Source: an uncultured Pirellulales bacterium (GTDB taxonomy: Bacteria; Planctomycetota; Phycisphaerae; Sedimentisphaerales; CAYZTY01). Taken from it: a DNA stretch of 64,000 nucleotides. Shown one piece after another: positions 36,901 to 45,085 of this stretch. Position numbers and translations under genes: made by a program. The notes beneath the pieces were generated by a model. The model saw only the letters and a list, made by a program, of their open reading frames with translations, had not been told where the DNA came from and made no database searches. Location: positions 17,163-81,162 of the forward strand of contig CAYUIE010000008.1 in the NCBI GenBank assembly GCA_964444665.1, in the 5' to 3' direction. The first letter of the stretch is position 1. Each line of letters begins with the position of its first letter.

Positions 36901-37765
36901 CTTGTGTCCCAGCCTGCTGAACAAACCTGTCGCGTTGCGAGTGCCAGCGTTCAAGCACCTCGGCAGGCAACGAGTCAGCCAAACGGAATGTTACAGCATA
37001 TGTCGAACCGGCCTGAGTCCAATGAGGCAGATATGCACCTTTTCGCCTACGGACCACCTCATCCACGGCCTGGAAGGCCGTGCCACATGGGACCTCAACC
37101 GGCTCAACTAATGGATAGCGCATATACCAGAAATGCCCTTTTACCGTCTCGTGCTCGACTTCATCGTCGGCCAGCACGGTCTGCGTTGCGGGGTCCCAGT
37201 TGACAAGTCTTTTGCCGCGATAAATCAGGCCATCCTTAAAGAGCTGGAAGAACGCGGCCCGCACTGCCTTCGCGCAAACAGGGTCCATCGTGAAGCGCGT
37301 TCTGGCCCAGTCGCACGAGCAGCCCATCGCCTTTAACTGATTAATAATTGTGGCTTCGTATTCGTCCTTCCAGGCCTGCACATGGGCGATAAACTCATCG
37401 CGCTGGAAATCTGTGCGTTTTTTGCCTTGTTCCGCAAGCAGTCTTTTCTCAACAACGGTCTGAGTGGCGATGCCGGCGTGGTCGGTGCCCGGGAGCCATA
37501 GCGTGTTATATTTTTGCATCCGCCGAAACCGAATCAGGATATCCTGGAGGGTATTATTTAGTGCGTGTCCTAAGTGCAGCGGAGCGGTAACGTTAGGCGG
37601 CGGGATAACAATCGTATAAGGCTTAACCGCCCTGCCGTCGCCCGAAGCGCCTGTACTGAGCGTAGCCGAAGTATTGGCGTGAAAATAACCGCGCGAGAGC
37701 CAGATTTCGCTTACATTTTTTTCCGTCTGCTCAGGCTCGTAAGTTTTTTCAAGTTCTACTGACAA
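33929..37765 (-). CDS. valS: Valine--tRNA ligase carrying two large in-frame insertions (1278 aa)
   Basis: TTG start. PPPNVTAPLHLGHALN (HIGH), ATTRPETMLGDTAV, WPISRQLWWGHRIP, DEDVLDTWFSS, KMSKSLGN, C-terminal coiled coil. Uninterrupted ORF. Confidence 0.93.
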   Translation of the reverse strand: MSVELEKTYEPEQTEKNVSEIWLSRGYFHANTSATLSTGASGDGRAVKPYTIVIPPPNVTAPLHLGHALNNTLQDILIRFRRMQKYNTLWLPGTDHAGIATQTVVEKRLLAEQGKKRTDFQRDEFIAHVQAWKDEYEATIINQLKAMGCSCDWARTRFTMDPVCAKAVRAAFFQLFKDGLIYRGKRLVNWDPATQTVLADDEVEHETVKGHFWYMRYPLVEPVEVPCGTAFQAVDEVVRRRKGAYLPHWTQAGSTYAVTFRLADSLPAEVLERWHSQRDRFVQQAGTQGREPTPKEQRELTRLYCDHVESFLNAGHGRCYLRDPRIAELVQNALKHFDGKRYDLIVWVIMPNHVHAVIRPRPGEELPTILHSWKSYTANKANKLLGRNESFWQDEYYDHIIREEEDFNHQVDYILNNPAKAGLENWAWVGVSPDAIGKIHGQDARATITHVTVATTRPETMLGDTAVAMNPNDPRAKHLLGKMVRLPIVGRIIPIIADEHVVLPDPDGEDEKAKFSTGFLKVTPAHDPDDWEIGQRNSLPIVNVMAPDGSISDKYGWTDWEDIKNPDVENLIGMDRFEAREAVVEWFRTEKLLDDVREYTHEVGHSYRSHVPIEPYLSDQWYIAVKEPIPSLVTRDLCLEEDFIRGTDVPVNSLAGLALKPLLDGRLRFIPERYAKTYQAWLENLRDWPISRQLWWGHRIPIWKMELKSANLSASEYSNPTPIFETALKDLLRAFGREDIGFRVCASKSELCTGYVCLETPDGDDILNLVGKFLFSIPDGIGAIKPGQAFPRIKRVEGITGVPERRKACSEFEKHVQVWNRDEDVLDTWFSSALWPFSTMGWPDDTDDLKTFYPGDVLCTAREIITLWVSRMLMMGQYCIGDIPFSDVFIHAMIQDGEGRKMSKSLGNGIDPLVAINSHGADAMRFTLASMTTQTQDVRMPVKKMKLPDGRTVNTSPKFDIGRNFCNKLWNASRFALMNLEGVDPAGFDKEKMTITDRWILSRLAQTISAVTESLDEFKYSEPLAQIYRFFWNDFCDWYLEWAKPRMQDKQQRQIAQNVLAFVLDQSLRLLHPFVPFITEGIFQKLNEIAPVRKLQGLAKAEKSDALVIAQWPGDLENLRDEDAEKQITLIQSVIRAIRDVRSEYNKPQSELLLVSAKLGQENVKVLSENEELILQLAGVKEFRAGAAIVKPPNSAVTIADTAQIYVHDMIDPVAEQRRLEKQKKEVEKARTAVETRLANKNFLTKAKPEVVAQARDRLAELTEQLKAIEKHLAELTA
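36422..37102 (-). mobile_element. REP-flanked RayT/IS200-like (COG1943, Y1 HUH) transposase module embedded in frame in valS
   Basis: valS aa ~222-448: RRRKGAYLPHW, YAVTFRLADSLP, VIMPNHVHAVI (HUH), WQDEYYDHIIR, VDYILNNPAKAGL (catalytic Tyr helix). Bounded by hairpins at 37064-37082 and 36430-36448. Confidence 0.75.
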
Positions 37766-37863
37766 GTTTCGCTATCCGTTACAAAACAATAGGCGATTAA
37801 CTATACTACTGCTTTCAGACAACATCGGTGGAGCAAACCCTAACCTACCAAACATAAGGCCCA

Positions 37864-37899
37864 TAAAACAAAATTCCGGCGAAAGACATTCGCCGGAAT
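37864..37899 (-). terminator. Intrinsic terminator downstream of rho
   Basis: 11-bp stem ATTCCGGCGAA/TTCGCCGGAAT (37873-37883 / 37889-37899), 5-nt loop, followed on the minus strand by TTTGTTTTAT. Confidence 0.8.
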
Positions 37900-37989
37900 G
37901 TTATACTAATAAAATCTGGGCATTATGTAAAGCCAACAATTATCAGGACCAGCTTCTCTCGCAGCAAGCTCCATCCGGCCGATTCGAGG

Positions 37990-39492
37990 TTAATCAAGGT
38001 TCATAGTCATCAGGAATTCTGCGTTAGACCGCACCTTTGAGAGTCGGCTCTTGAGCAGCTCAATGGCCTCAATCGAATTCATATCACTGAGCACACGCCT
38101 TAGCCGATATACCAGCTCAAGCTCTTTGGGCTCCAGCAGCAGCTCTTCCCTTCTCGTGCCGCTCCGGCTTATATCGATAGCCGGCCAGATTCTTCTATCC
38201 ACAAGGCGGCGGTCGAGGTGCAGTTCCATATTACCCGTTGCCTTGAATTCTTCGAAAATCACCTCGTCCATTTTTGAGCCGGTATCGATAAGGCAGGTTG
38301 CGAATATAGTCAGCGAGCCGCCGTCTTCCACGTTTCTGGCGGCGCCGAAGAATTTTTTAGGCATCTGCATCGCGCCGGAGTCTACGCCGCCCGTCAGAAT
38401 TTTACCCGAGTGCGGCGTCTCGGTGTTGTAAGCCCGTGCCAGACGCGTCAGAGAATCGAGAAGAATTACGACATCCTGCTCGTATTCCACAAGACGCTTG
38501 GCCTTTTCGATTACCACTTCCGATACCTGGCAGTGCCGTGCGGCCGGCTCGTCGAAGGTGCTGCTTATGACTTCCACGTCCTCGGCCGTTTTTCTTTCCA
38601 TTTCGGTAACTTCTTCCGGCCGTTCGTCTATCAACAGCACAATCAACTTGACTTCAGGGTAATTAGTGCTGATGGCATTAGCAATTTTTTGCAGCAATAC
38701 GGTCTTGCCTGTCCGCGGCGGAGCGACTATCAGGCCACGTTGGCCCTTGCCGATGGGTGTTACCATATCAATGATTCTCATGCCGAGTTCCTCGGAGGTC
38801 GTTTCAAGGATAAATCTATTCTCAGGATGCAGCGGGGTTAGGTCGCTAAAGACTACCTTTTCAGCGAGCCTATCGGGGTCTTCGAAATTTATCGCCTCAA
38901 CGCGGAGCAGTGCAAAATACTTCTCCAGGTCCTTGGGCGGGCGAATCTGGCCTGAGACGATGTTGCCGCTGCGCAGACCGAAACGTCTGATTTGCGAGGG
39001 CGAGACGTAAATGTCGTCAGGCGAAGACAGATAGTTGTAACGCGGATTGCGGAGAAACCCGAAACCGTCCGGCAGGACTTCCAGAACACCCTCTCCGTAC
39101 ATCAACCCATTTTGCCTGATACGTTCTTTAAGTATTTTGAAAATCAGGTCCTGCTTTTTAAGGCCGGTATATTCCTTGAGCCCTTCATTCCTGGCGATGT
39201 TGTGCAGCTCGGCCACAGTCAGGTTTTGAAGGTCGGTTATGTGCAGATTACCCTTTTTAATTCGCTCGTATTTGGCATGTATCGATTCTTCCTCACTGAG
39301 CTTTTCTTTTTGCTTTGCCTGCTCAGGAGTCTGCTCAACCTGCTCGACCACCGTGGTTGTCGTGTCGGGCTCTTCTTGATTCGTCTGCGTTTTCTCGACG
39401 GCATTTTTCTCTTCGGAGGTCTTGGCCCTTCTTGAATTTTTTCTCCTTTTCGTCGTCCTTGTTTCGCCGTTCTTCTCATCGTCTTTAGCCAT
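37990..39492 (-). CDS. rho: Transcription termination factor Rho with ~80-aa K/E/T-rich N-terminal extension
   Basis: Rho_[28 protein letters not shown]-binding GFGFLR, Walker [34 protein letters not shown]. Confidence 0.93.
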   Translation of the reverse strand: MAKDDEKNGETRTTKRRKNSRRAKTSEEKNAVEKTQTNQEEPDTTTTVVEQVEQTPEQAKQKEKLSEEESIHAKYERIKKGNLHITDLQNLTVAELHNIARNEGLKEYTGLKKQDLIFKILKERIRQNGLMYGEGVLEVLPDGFGFLRNPRYNYLSSPDDIYVSPSQIRRFGLRSGNIVSGQIRPPKDLEKYFALLRVEAINFEDPDRLAEKVVFSDLTPLHPENRFILETTSEELGMRIIDMVTPIGKGQRGLIVAPPRTGKTVLLQKIANAISTNYPEVKLIVLLIDERPEEVTEMERKTAEDVEVISSTFDEPAARHCQVSEVVIEKAKRLVEYEQDVVILLDSLTRLARAYNTETPHSGKILTGGVDSGAMQMPKKFFGAARNVEDGGSLTIFATCLIDTGSKMDEVIFEEFKATGNMELHLDRRLVDRRIWPAIDISRSGTRREELLLEPKELELVYRLRRVLSDMNSIEAIELLKSRLSKVRSNAEFLMTMNLD

Positions 39493-39632
39493 AAATTACT
39501 CCTTGTATCTTCAGGATACTATTTTTTCCGCCCCTGCTGGTAACATCACGCTACAGAAGTTCTTGGGTTTGTTTCGGATAGCTTTTATATTTAAAGAAAA
39601 CCGCATTCCCTCGAGGTCTTAAACAAGCCAGC

Positions 39633-40250
39633 TTAACCTTCAGTCGTTATTCTGGAAAAAACACAGGCGACTTGTTTGTTTAGCACCGAGATATCAGAAT
39701 TGTTACTAATAGTATAATCTGCTATTTCTGCCTTCTTGTCCAGAGAAATTTGAAAATTTTCTCGGATTTTTAGTTGATTTTCGTTGAAAATACCCCTTTT
39801 TTTCGCCCTTTCAACCCTTAATTGCTGTTTGCACTCGACAAAAACGAGTTTATCGCACCTCTCGGTCCAGCCAACTTCCACCAAGAGGGGCATATCCAGC
39901 ACAATCGCCTTGACATCAGCTTGCCTGTTATATTTCGTTATAAGCTCTTCGACGCAGGCCAAAACAGGGGGATGGAGTATTTTGTTAAGTAATGAGAGCT
40001 TCCGGGCATCAGTAAAAACAATATCAGCTAATTTTTTATTGTTAATCTTCCCCGCTGAATCTAAAACGGCATCGCTAAAAGAGGCGGCTATTTTCTCTCG
40101 CACAGCAGGCTTATCAAGCAGTCCATGGACAATTCTATCTGCATCGACCACTTTGCAGCCCATCCTGGCAAACTGCTCGGCTACGGTGCTTTTGCCGGAG
40201 CACAGACCGCCCATTATTCCAATTAGGGGTTTCTCGGATACTTTGCTCAC
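39633..40250 (-). CDS. coaE: Dephospho-CoA kinase
   Basis: IGIMGGLCSGKSTVA P-loop near the N-terminus, ILHPPV motif. GTG start. Confidence 0.85.
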   Translation of the reverse strand: MSKVSEKPLIGIMGGLCSGKSTVAEQFARMGCKVVDADRIVHGLLDKPAVREKIAASFSDAVLDSAGKINNKKLADIVFTDARKLSLLNKILHPPVLACVEELITKYNRQADVKAIVLDMPLLVEVGWTERCDKLVFVECKQQLRVERAKKRGIFNENQLKIRENFQISLDKKAEIADYTISNNSDISVLNKQVACVFSRITTEG

Positions 40251-40423
40251 TTATCCAAAATTTTAGCTGCTCTGCTAAAATAGTCAAGTAGCTTCGCCGT
40301 AAGTTACCAAGGGGACACCCTACGGTGGATTCTCCAAGACAATGGAGAGTGAATCCCTAAGGCATAAGGCAGGTCAGGTTTAAAGATAGGCTCTTAGCCG
40401 TCAGAGTTGCTTAAGAGGGACGG

Positions 40424-42250
40424 CTACACACTTTGATATGCTTCTTGGCGGCATTGACGTCTATCAAGCGTCTTTTGCAAACTTACGAGCAGGTAATCCT
40501 GGACCACCCTCTGCCAGCTCATCTGCGCGGCAAGCTCAAAGCCACTTTCAATCAACTGCCGCATCTGGTCATCATTTTCAGGCAGCCGGGCACATATTTG
40601 CCCTGCGAGTTTCCGGCTAAGTTGTGCTTCGATCTGGTCTCGCCTTGGGCTGTCAATCTGCAGCATATCTTCGACGTCTTCGGGTTGCTGGCCGTCCAAC
40701 TCGGTGTAGTCAGCAATGATAATGTTTTTCAGGGCTTCGACTGAGCTAAGCCGAACGTCCTCGCCAATCGACAAGATGTCTTTGATAAAGCCTGCGCAAC
40801 CACAGACATTACTAATAAGGCATATGCCGCCAAAACTAAGCGGTTCAAGCTGTGCGATACCGAAGGGCTCATAAATGCTCTGCCCGAATTCGAGGTCGGT
40901 GCCCTTGCGGATATCCATAAACTCTATACCTTCGGGCATTCTGCGGCCACAAAATATCCTGTTGAAGCCGAACTGGTTGACGAAGACGACTTTAATATTT
41001 CTGCTTTGTGCATTAAACTGTTGCACGCCGGTATAATAATAAGACTCACCACCGGACATATCCGGCATCCCCTCGCGATGAGCAACCGGCCAGCCGTACT
41101 CTGATTCCATTCGGTAAATCTCACTGCTTTGTCTTCGACACACTTCGGTGGAAAGAACAAACATAACCGCTGTCTTACCACGGCTTCTAAACTCAGTCTC
41201 GAGGTGCTCAAGGACACGTAAGTCGCGCCACAGGCCCTTACTTGGCACGAGCCTGGTAACATGAGAAAAAATATAGTCAGGGGTGTACCGAAGAAGGTTT
41301 TGGCAATATTGCTGCAACTTTCTTTTCGAGGCAAGCTTCTCGTCGAGGGTAATTTGGTGAGCAGGTATTCCATTATATACAATATCGATATTTGCCGATT
41401 CGAATTCGGGGGCAAGGAATCGCAGCTCGTCTGCAACCTGGTCAGCGACACTTATAATATTATCACAATGTTTTGAAGCCTGCACAAGAACGTGTTTGAA
41501 GTAGAAGCTTTGGACGCCGAATACCTCATCGACATAAACTTTTTCACGTCTGGCCATCCGCATAACATTGTAGAACATCGTGTCGTGTCCCGGCAGATGT
41601 TCTACAAGCCGTCGCATAGTGGCTACTTCGTGCGCATAGAAAACTGTTGCAATATTTCTTTGCGGCCCCAGCATCGCGGCAAGAGCGGTAGGCATACCCA
41701 TAAACTCGTGAGCAAAAAGCACAGCCTTATCCCGTCCCTGAGTTACTCCAAGCGCCTTTAAAACGGCAAGTGCCGGTGGCGCAAGCCTTACATATTGTTC
41801 ATATTCCCAAAGATGCTCGTACAGGTGGCTGCGAATACCAAACTGTTCGAATAACTGCCTTTTAAGTCTATTGACCGGCCTTAAGTCGCTGCGGGTTACG
41901 TCAATAAGTATTACTTCGGGCGAACTTTTTACACCGGTGCACTTGTCAACGAACGTGCGCCTTCCATAAACTATGTGGACGTTAAAAGCTTCCTCAATCT
42001 TTCTGAAACTATTGAGGTAACTTGTCTCCACAAGACCATCGATGGAAGAGTACAACACATCTCCATCAGGTCCAAGTCTGTCTGAGACGTTTCCGTCGAG
42101 AGTAAACAGCGGGCTTATAAGGGTTGTCCGACCGACAGCTTCAAGATACGCTTCACACGTCAGAAGTCCCTCGAGTACAGCGCCAATACCTCCTATTTTT
42201 CCCGCTGCTTCGTGCGTAACGTGCACTAAAGTGGGTTTGTCTTTCATCAA
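40424..42250 (-). CDS. GT-B fold glycosyltransferase (glycogen-synthase-like)
   Basis: N-terminal VTHEAAGKIGGIGAVLEGL (E-x-x-x-K-x-GG-hydrophobic motif of alpha-glucan synthases), C-terminal SIYEPFGIAQLEPLSFG. Exact family not resolved. Confidence 0.5.
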   Translation of the reverse strand: MMKDKPTLVHVTHEAAGKIGGIGAVLEGLLTCEAYLEAVGRTTLISPLFTLDGNVSDRLGPDGDVLYSSIDGLVETSYLNSFRKIEEAFNVHIVYGRRTFVDKCTGVKSSPEVILIDVTRSDLRPVNRLKRQLFEQFGIRSHLYEHLWEYEQYVRLAPPALAVLKALGVTQGRDKAVLFAHEFMGMPTALAAMLGPQRNIATVFYAHEVATMRRLVEHLPGHDTMFYNVMRMARREKVYVDEVFGVQSFYFKHVLVQASKHCDNIISVADQVADELRFLAPEFESANIDIVYNGIPAHQITLDEKLASKRKLQQYCQNLLRYTPDYIFSHVTRLVPSKGLWRDLRVLEHLETEFRSRGKTAVMFVLSTEVCRRQSSEIYRMESEYGWPVAHREGMPDMSGGESYYYTGVQQFNAQSRNIKVVFVNQFGFNRIFCGRRMPEGIEFMDIRKGTDLEFGQSIYEPFGIAQLEPLSFGGICLISNVCGCAGFIKDILSIGEDVRLSSVEALKNIIIADYTELDGQQPEDVEDMLQIDSPRRDQIEAQLSRKLAGQICARLPENDDQMRQLIESGFELAAQMSWQRVVQDYLLVSLQKTLDRRQCRQEAYQSV

Positions 42251-42578
42251 ACTGTTTCTCCCGAGTTATAACAAATACATCTTTCGGTGGCCTATCAGGT
42301 GTCAAACCAAGTCTTTATTGTCTCTATTTTAAATATACGAAAAGGGTCTGGTTCCGGCCAAATGTACAATTGAGGGAAAAAAGAAGATTTTTGCAGGGCC
42401 GAAAAAATCGCTATAAAATCGCTCGCTGCAGCTTTTCTTTCGGACGTTGCAAAAAAATTTTATATTAATTTGGCTGTTGTGTATCTATCTCGAGGTCGGC
42501 TCGGTAGAAGACATTCGGCTAAGCTTAGTCAAAGCCCTCGCCTAAGTCCTCAAGAAAGCCGATAACCTGTGGCACAAG

Positions 42579-43028
42579 CTAAAAGAGGTGCTTGCTATCC
42601 AATAGAAATGTTACGGGCCCGTTGTTTGTGCTGGTTACGTGCATACGGCAGCCGAACCGGCCACTGGCGACTTCAAGACCGGTTTGCTTGAGAAGCTCGA
42701 TTGTTTTTTCGTAAAGTTCTTCGGCATATTTCGGCTGGGCGGCCTGGTCGAAGGCCGGCCGACGGCCTTTACGACAGTCGCCGTGAAGTGTGAAATTGCT
42801 GATGAGTAAAACCCGGCCGCCGGCCTCAAGCAGACTGAGGTTCATCTTTCCGTTTTCATCCTCGAAGATACGCAGGCCGACCAGCTTGCGGGCCATAAAT
42901 TCGGTGTCTTCAATATTGTCATTTTTAGCGATGCTAAGATAGACCAGCAATCCTCTGCCGATTTGGCCGGTTATTTCTCCGTCAATCTCGACGCTGGCCT
43001 GTGAGACTCTTTGCACTACAGCTCGCAT
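42579..43028 (-). CDS. dtd: D-aminoacyl-tRNA deacylase
   Basis: MRAVVQRVSQASVEI, LISNFTLHGD, NNGPVTFLLD. 149 aa. Confidence 0.9.
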   Translation of the reverse strand: MRAVVQRVSQASVEIDGEITGQIGRGLLVYLSIAKNDNIEDTEFMARKLVGLRIFEDENGKMNLSLLEAGGRVLLISNFTLHGDCRKGRRPAFDQAAQPKYAEELYEKTIELLKQTGLEVASGRFGCRMHVTSTNNGPVTFLLDSKHLF

Positions 43029-43461
43029 AAAACGGTTCCGGCCTTTCCGTTCCTCCGGAGTCTAGTGACTGCGAATAACAGTCGGTTTAGTTAGAAAAAT
43101 GGGACGCCGCGAGGGATATCCCGCCGTGGCCTGACTCAAGGCGATTATACCGAGTCCGGCCCACAATTGCGAAGGATTAAACTAACAAACTGAACAATCA
43201 GGGGTATATTTTAACGTAACCTTATTAATACATAGACAGATACTATATTTATTACCTGCCCAGAGCCTGCCGCCAGAATTGTAGATTAACCTTGGGAAAG
43301 CCGGGGACGAAGAAACGAAAGAAATGAAAAAATATTTTTACGGCGGGCTCTGTAAAATAAACTGTAAGATAGAGTAGGACGTAAGGTTTATGGCCGGAAA
43401 TACGTAAAATCTATCTAAATTTGCAAAATGCAGCCGAGTTGGTGGGGGTGGGGAGAAAAGA

Positions 43462-43489
43462 TTGACAATCCTTCAGAAGATGATAAAGT
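43462..43489 (+). promoter_or_regulatory. Candidate promoter for dnaB (long leader)
   Basis: TTGACA (43462-43467), 16-nt spacer, TGaTAAAGT extended -10 (-10 hexamer at 43484-43489). Confidence 0.35.
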
Positions 43490-43673
43490 AATAGGCCGAT
43501 TGTGTTCTGCTCTCGAGGTCTTCCAGACAGGCCTTCGAAACGGAGCAATGCAGATTAAACGCGGAGAGCGCCGAGATGAAAAAAATTAAAAAAAATATCC
43601 TCACGGCAGGCTCTGCGAGCACGGCGGTAAAACATGTGCCGAAGCACCTGGATGCTTCAATCTACTCAGGGAT

Positions 43674-45077
43674 GTGAGGTTTTTAAGGATGGCAAGTCCT
43701 ATGGACTCGTTACGGAGAGCCGAGAGTTCCTTATCTACTATCAGAAATGAACATCGCAGTATGCCTGAATCATTAGAGGCGGAAGCTGCCGTACTCGGCT
43801 CGATGATACTTGACCCTGTTTGCATCGCCCAGATAGTACAACTGCTCAACGCCCAAGTATTCTACAGGATAGAGCATCAATTGATATTCGATGCGCTGGT
43901 CGGACTATTCGAGAAAAACACAGAGCAAGGTATCGACCTGGTCCTACTTCGTAATGAATTGAAACAACGAAAACAGCTCGAGGAGATAGGCGGGGTCGAT
44001 TACCTCGTAAAGCTGGTCAACTCGGTCCCATCAAGTGCCAATGTGATTTATTACTCGCATATAGTTAAAGACAAGGCACTAATGCGCGAGCTCATTCAGG
44101 CCAGCAGCGAAATCCTGACAAACGCTTACAGCGATATCAATGACGTCGGCCAGGCGCTCGATGAGGCTGAAAGAAAAATATTCGCAGTAAGCGACCAGAA
44201 AATAACCGGAGAGCCGGAGCCATTGAAAGGTCTGCTTACTCAGGCACTTGAAAGGTTCGAGACCAAAGGAATAACGGGACTATCAACCGGCTTTGCGCAG
44301 CTTGACGAGATAACCTGCGGACTTCAAAAAAGCGAAATGATAATAGTAGCCGGCCGACCAAGTATGGGCAAAACCAGCTTCGCATTGAATATCGCCGAGT
44401 ATATTGCAGTAGATAATGATGTGCCGGTAGCAGTATTCTCGCTTGAGATGAGCAAGCAACAATTAGCTGAGCGGATTCTGTGCTGCCGAAGCGAGGTTAA
44501 CGCCCAGAGGGCCAGGAAAGGAATGCTCACCGCCGAAGAGATGCAAAAACTGGTAGAAAGCGGCAGTGAGCTATTCGATAAACCGGTTTACATCGACGAT
44601 ACGGCTGGGCTGAGTCCTCTGGAGCTGCGCGGCAAAGCAAGGCGGCTGAAAAGCCAGCATAATATCCAATGTATTATTGTCGATTACCTGCAGTTGATGA
44701 GCTTTTCGGCAGGAAGAGTTGAATCGCGTCAGCAGGAGATTAGTGCCATATCGAGGTATCTAAAGAGTCTTGCCCGTGAGCTGTCGGTGCCGGTAGTGGC
44801 GCTTAGCCAGCTAAACCGCTCCCCGGAAGGCCGAGAGGGCCACCGGCCGAGAATGAGCGATTTGCGCGAGAGCGGCGCTCTCGAACAGGACGCCGATGTG
44901 GTAATGCTGCTTCACCGTGAAGATTATTATCATCGTGGCGACGCGGATTATGCGCCCGACAACACGGCAGAAATCATAATAGCCAAACAGCGAAACGGAC
45001 CTACAGGTCTGGTCAAACTCACATTCTTCGAGGAATTTATGCGGTTCGCAACCTCACACAAAGAACTACCTTTCTAG
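43674..45077 (+). CDS. dnaB: Replicative DNA helicase DnaB
   Basis: EAEAAVLGSMILDP, Walker A GRPSMGKTSFALNIA, IVDYLQLM, RESGALEQDADVVMLLHRE. The start may instead be one of the in-frame ATGs at 43689 or later. Confidence 0.92.
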   Translation: MRFLRMASPMDSLRRAESSLSTIRNEHRSMPESLEAEAAVLGSMILDPVCIAQIVQLLNAQVFYRIEHQLIFDALVGLFEKNTEQGIDLVLLRNELKQRKQLEEIGGVDYLVKLVNSVPSSANVIYYSHIVKDKALMRELIQASSEILTNAYSDINDVGQALDEAERKIFAVSDQKITGEPEPLKGLLTQALERFETKGITGLSTGFAQLDEITCGLQKSEMIIVAGRPSMGKTSFALNIAEYIAVDNDVPVAVFSLEMSKQQLAERILCCRSEVNAQRARKGMLTAEEMQKLVESGSELFDKPVYIDDTAGLSPLELRGKARRLKSQHNIQCIIVDYLQLMSFSAGRVESRQQEISAISRYLKSLARELSVPVVALSQLNRSPEGREGHRPRMSDLRESGALEQDADVVMLLHREDYYHRGDADYAPDNTAEIIIAKQRNGPTGLVKLTFFEEFMRFATSHKELPF

Positions 45078-45085
45078 GAGAAAAA

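Noticed and set aside
36422-37102. Possibility that the valS insertion is an intein or a group II/I intron
   Set aside because: The insert has no intein splice-junction features: no Cys/Ser at its first residue, and no terminal His-Asn followed by Cys/Ser/Thr. It has no intron-like RNA signatures. Instead it matches the RayT/IS200-like HUH transposase motif series and is bounded by REP-like hairpins.
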